Below, piece after piece: positions 48,891 to 52,239 of a stretch of DNA of 52,239 nt (the first letter of the stretch is position 1; each line of letters starts with the position of its first letter). Under the pieces are notes generated by a model. That model worked only from the letters and a program-made list of their open reading frames with translations, was not told the origin of the DNA and made no database searches. Source of the DNA: a virus (Duplodnaviria > Caudoviricetes). The position numbers were made by a program, and so were the translations under genes. The stretch lies in the IMG/VR virus record IMGVR_UViG_3300009158_000066, positions 1 through 52,239 of that record; one strand, given 5' to 3'.

Positions 48891-49253
48891 ATGTCTAACA
48901 AGATTACGACGTTAGGTTATATTGTAAAAAGACTCAAAGACAGTGGTTATTTTGTAAACAAATTATTTACTGATTATAGTGAGATTGACCCACGTGCTTG
49001 GTCAATTGTGATTGATCCAGGTGGGGCTAGTGTGTTTTGCACTTGTTATATAAATGATCCGTTTGTAGGAGAAAGTTATATAGAGCTTTATGATGGAGGT
49101 CAATTTGTACCAGGTAGGTTAAAGTTGAAGACAAGCTCTTATGAAGTTCTTATAGAGACACTAGTTAGATGTGGTATTAATAATAAAGCAACATCGTACA
49201 ATCGTCGTTGTGAACTAAACCAACAGCAAACAATTGACAATAACAATAAATAA
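48891..49253 (+). CDS. Hypothetical protein
   Basis: ATG at 48891; DPRAWSIVIDPG. Confidence 0.7.
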   Translation: MSNKITTLGYIVKRLKDSGYFVNKLFTDYSEIDPRAWSIVIDPGGASVFCTCYINDPFVGESYIELYDGGQFVPGRLKLKTSSYEVLIETLVRCGINNKATSYNRRCELNQQQTIDNNNK

Positions 49254-49258
49254 TTAAA

Positions 49259-49669
49259 ATGAAATCTGAGCAACCTGATCCAAAGAAAAATAAAAAGGTA
49301 GCTAAGCCGGAGGTTAAACCTAAAGCTCGACCAAAACGTACAGCTAAACGTAAGTTAACAGAAAAAATAAATGTAGTAGAAGACATAAATGTAACAGAGA
49401 AGATAGACATTCCTGCATATGTTCATGACGCAATCAAACAAGCATTTTTACGATACTATGATAAAGCGAGTATCAAAAAAGCTCAAGATTACGACTTAAC
49501 ACATATAGATGGTATACTCAGTGAGTATTTAGATAATTTTATTTTATTAGGTTTTGATACTCAAGGTCAAAAGGTATCTTTAATGCATGCAGGTACTCAT
49601 TGCGGTAAGGATGCCTTGCTTGAGCATTTACGATCAACACTAATACAAATGCTAGGCCCTGAGCATTAA
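49259..49669 (+). CDS. Hypothetical protein with basic N-terminus
   Basis: 136 aa ORF with ATAAATA upstream. Confidence 0.65.
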   Translation: MKSEQPDPKKNKKVAKPEVKPKARPKRTAKRKLTEKINVVEDINVTEKIDIPAYVHDAIKQAFLRYYDKASIKKAQDYDLTHIDGILSEYLDNFILLGFDTQGQKVSLMHAGTHCGKDALLEHLRSTLIQMLGPEH

Positions 49670-49701
49670 ATATTAACTAACATATATAGAAGTTAAAAAA
49701 A

Positions 49702-49735
49702 TAAAAGTTGTGATAAGTAATTATCACAACTTTTA
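49702..49735 (+). promoter_or_regulatory. 15 bp perfect hairpin immediately before the terminase ATG, with ATAAGTA at the apex (translation block and/or terminator plus late promoter)
   Basis: taaaagttgtgataa-gtaa-ttatcacaactttta; ATG at 49738. Confidence 0.7.
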
Positions 49736-49737
49736 CT

Positions 49738-51558
49738 ATGAACAACAAGGCAGACAATCTGCAAGACGCAGAAGATGAGGACAAGCTACTTGATGAAGCT
49801 CTCAATAAAGTTAACGAGCAACCTATTGATGACAAGCAATATTACAGAGGAGATAAAAAACTTTTAAAAGACGGTGCGGAGTTTGAATGGACTCCAAAAA
49901 TGATCAAAGAAGTAAGAGAATGCGCTGAAGATATTATATATTTCGCAGAAAAACATTTTTTTATAACTAACCCAGATAAAGGTAAGATTATAATTGAACT
50001 ATACACTGCACAAAAAAGAATTCTAAGAGGTTTACAAAACAATCGATTTGTTAGTGTTCTTTCCTGCCGACAAGCTGGCAAAACAACATTAATGACCATA
50101 TTTGCATTGTGGATGACATGCTTTAGTGACGATCAACGCGTTATTATTGTAGCAAATAACGAAAACACTGCAATTCGTGTATTAAAACGTATACGATTAG
50201 CTTACGAGCTACTTACACCTTTTCTCAAGCCGGGTTTAAAAGAATATGGTAAAACAGGTATTACATTTGCTAATGATAGTAGTATTGGTGTAAGTACAAC
50301 AACATCTACAGCAGCAAGAGGTGATACAGCTAATTGTCTTATTATTGATGAAGCTGCATTTATTGATCAAAATTTTATTAATGATTTCTGGAAATCTGTC
50401 ATACCTACTATTTCTCAAAGTAGGAAGTCTAAAATCTTTATGGTATCAACACCCAACGGTACAAACAATAAATTTTACGAAATATACTCAGGTGCTGAGA
50501 AAGAAGTCAACGGCTGGAAAGCTGAACGTATTGATTGGTGGGAGGTACCAGGTCGTACAGAGAGATGGAAGAAGCAAATAGTATCTGCGCTTGGATCTGA
50601 AGAAGCGTTCAGACAAGAATATGAAAACCATTTTGTTGATGATGGTGAAGGTGCAGTTGCTGCTGAAACCATTGAACGGTTAAAAGCAGAAAGAAAACCG
50701 CCTATATGGTCTAGTCAAGATAATAGTTATAAGGTCTTCAATACCCCATCACCTGAACGGTTGTATGTGATAGGAGTAGATGTAGGTGAAGGAATAGGGC
50801 GCGCAAGTTCAGTCGCGCAAGTGCTTGATATAACAGACTTAAAAAATATAGAGCAAGTAGCAGTATTGTGCCATTCAACTCTAGACCCATATCACTTTGC
50901 TAATAAATTATTTGCGCTTGCAAATACGTGGGGAACACCACCTCTTATGATTGAACGCAACAACTGCGGTGGTCAAGTTATAGACGCACTATATTACAAT
51001 CTAAGTTATACTAGAATAGTAAGTTACTCAAGACTATCAAACACTGGCTCTATGATGAGCACAAAAAGTCTAGGTATTTTCAGTCATAATAATCTTCGCT
51101 TGAACGCTATCAGTAATTTGCGTTATTGGTTAAACTCTCTACACGCAGTTAGAATTAATGACATAGATACAATTAAAGAGTTTGAAACGTTTGTGAAGCA
51201 ATCTAACGGTGTATATCGTAAACGTAACGATAGATTTTTTGATGACAGAATAATGAGTCTTGTATGGGGGCTGTATGCTCTTAATACAGATATATGCCAA
51301 CAGTTGTTTTCCGTTGACGAATACGATAATCAAGGTCTACCTTCATTAATATCTACAAATAATGATTATGATATAGATTTAAATACATTTAAAGTAAAAG
51401 ATCTTGATACCAATACAGTTGTAAGTATTGTTTCGCCTATTATTAACGAGCGGTTTAACAATAAAAAAGATGACCTCTTTAATGATGATAAGTTTCAGCC
51501 TAAGTACAATGAAGATATAGAAGACCTGTTCTTGCAAGGTTATACATTTTTTCAATAA
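49738..51558 (+). CDS. gp17: Terminase large subunit gp17
   Basis: LYTAQ, RQAGKTT, LIIDEAAF, STPNG, FRQEY, GVDVGEG, ERNN, DDRIM. Confidence 0.96.
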   Translation: MNNKADNLQDAEDEDKLLDEALNKVNEQPIDDKQYYRGDKKLLKDGAEFEWTPKMIKEVRECAEDIIYFAEKHFFITNPDKGKIIIELYTAQKRILRGLQNNRFVSVLSCRQAGKTTLMTIFALWMTCFSDDQRVIIVANNENTAIRVLKRIRLAYELLTPFLKPGLKEYGKTGITFANDSSIGVSTTTSTAARGDTANCLIIDEAAFIDQNFINDFWKSVIPTISQSRKSKIFMVSTPNGTNNKFYEIYSGAEKEVNGWKAERIDWWEVPGRTERWKKQIVSALGSEEAFRQEYENHFVDDGEGAVAAETIERLKAERKPPIWSSQDNSYKVFNTPSPERLYVIGVDVGEGIGRASSVAQVLDITDLKNIEQVAVLCHSTLDPYHFANKLFALANTWGTPPLMIERNNCGGQVIDALYYNLSYTRIVSYSRLSNTGSMMSTKSLGIFSHNNLRLNAISNLRYWLNSLHAVRINDIDTIKEFETFVKQSNGVYRKRNDRFFDDRIMSLVWGLYALNTDICQQLFSVDEYDNQGLPSLISTNNDYDIDLNTFKVKDLDTNTVVSIVSPIINERFNNKKDDLFNDDKFQPKYNEDIEDLFLQGYTFFQ

Positions 51559-51561
51559 GTT

Positions 51562-52149
51562 ATGAGTACAGAAAATCCAATTATTCAGTCCATATTAAAT
51601 CAAGGTGGTAAAGATAAATTTTTAGTTGTACTTGATGTACCGCCATTTTTGCGTGATTTAAAGTTAGGTAATGAAGTAGCAGGAGTCAAACCTTTACAAT
51701 TAACAGTGTATGGTAGCGTTGTACCTGCTGCAAATATACCAAACGTAGCCAACGGATATGCAGGTCAAATTCAACATGTAACTTCGATGCATCGTCCTGA
51801 ATTTACCCCACTCACGATAAACTTTGTAATAGATAACCAATATCACAATTACTATCTTATGTGGAAGTGGTTTGAAGGTTTAAACGATCCAAGAACGGGC
51901 ATATACACTGTAAACCTTCAAAATAGTAATGTACCAGCAAAAACAAGAGGTTTATATGAATATCAAGCAAATATGACGATATACGGTCTAGATGAATACA
52001 ACCATAAGGTTATATCATTTAATTACCTGCATGTTTTTGTAATTGGAATGGGTGGTATTGATTACAATTATCAAGATCAAGGAGTTTTAACAAGTAACGT
52101 AACATTTCAATTTGACCAACTTGTAGTCAGCTTATTGCCCGGAGCATAA
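51562..52149 (+). CDS. Tail tube terminator/completion protein, gp3-like (tube fold)
   Basis: FTPLTINFVIDNQYHNYYLMWKW...F.Y...SNVTFQF; upstream of the sheath gene. Confidence 0.7.
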   Translation: MSTENPIIQSILNQGGKDKFLVVLDVPPFLRDLKLGNEVAGVKPLQLTVYGSVVPAANIPNVANGYAGQIQHVTSMHRPEFTPLTINFVIDNQYHNYYLMWKWFEGLNDPRTGIYTVNLQNSNVPAKTRGLYEYQANMTIYGLDEYNHKVISFNYLHVFVIGMGGIDYNYQDQGVLTSNVTFQFDQLVVSLLPGA

Positions 52150-52195
52150 AATTCCACTGAAAAGAATAAATAATTTTACAAGTATTTAAAAACCC

Positions 52196-52239
52196 ATGAG
52201 AACAATTAATTCACCCGGCGTACAAATAACAGAAATTGA
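52196..52239 (+). CDS. gp18: Tail sheath protein gp18, N-terminal fragment truncated by the window edge
   Basis: MRTINSPGVQITEI, the SPGV...E.D sheath start; ATAAATA at 52166-52172. Confidence 0.75.
   Translation, partial: MRTINSPGVQITEI

Noticed and set aside
49259-49669. Small terminase (gp16) by position
   Set aside because: No recognisable gp16 sequence features; left as hypothetical
7721-51333. Many 60-150 aa ORFs nested in or antisense to core genes (e.g. 7721, 9186, 13373, 19983, 36143, 46062, 50321)
   Set aside because: They overlap well-supported genes and show no recognisable motifs
6246-51558. Inteins or introns in nrdA, nrdB, gp43, uvsX, gp41 and gp17
   Set aside because: All are uninterrupted and of ordinary length
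1-52239. tRNA or other structured RNA genes
   Set aside because: Intergenic gaps are very short and I saw no cloverleaf or T-loop motifs; a covariance-model scan would be needed to exclude them

Overview
An AT-rich 52 kb segment of a large T4-like (myovirus-type) phage genome, read in the standard genetic code. It contains: baseplate genes (gp6, gp25 and a >1080 aa PKD/beta-propeller protein running off the left edge); nucleotide metabolism (nrdAB, dNMP kinase, GMP reductase); most of a T4-type replication/recombination core (gp61, uvsY, uvsW, gp55, gp47, gp46, gp43, uvsX, gp41, gp32, gp45); the terminase large subunit, a gp3-like tail protein and the start of the tail sheath. Four things stand out. 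(1) A dispersed 7-deazaguanine DNA-modification pathway (FolE2, a QueE with an atypical CX3CX39C motif, QueF, a TGT/DpdA-like barrel, a PurN-like formyltransferase, extra P-loop kinases), suggesting formyl-preQ1-type guanine replacement. (2) A GDP-fucose synthesis and transfer module (GT-B, gmd, fcl, a GT-A/fucosyltransferase fusion) wrapped around the DNA polymerase and next to the deazaguanine genes. (3) Three long perfect hairpins covering or abutting start codons, each with a late-promoter-like TAAnTA at its apex. (4) A set of otherwise unrelated, mostly late-promoter proteins sharing an N-terminal M-x-F-x-x-L...L-x-E motif resembling a capsid-targeting/prohead-protease signal. All calls come from motif recognition by eye; no database searches were run.
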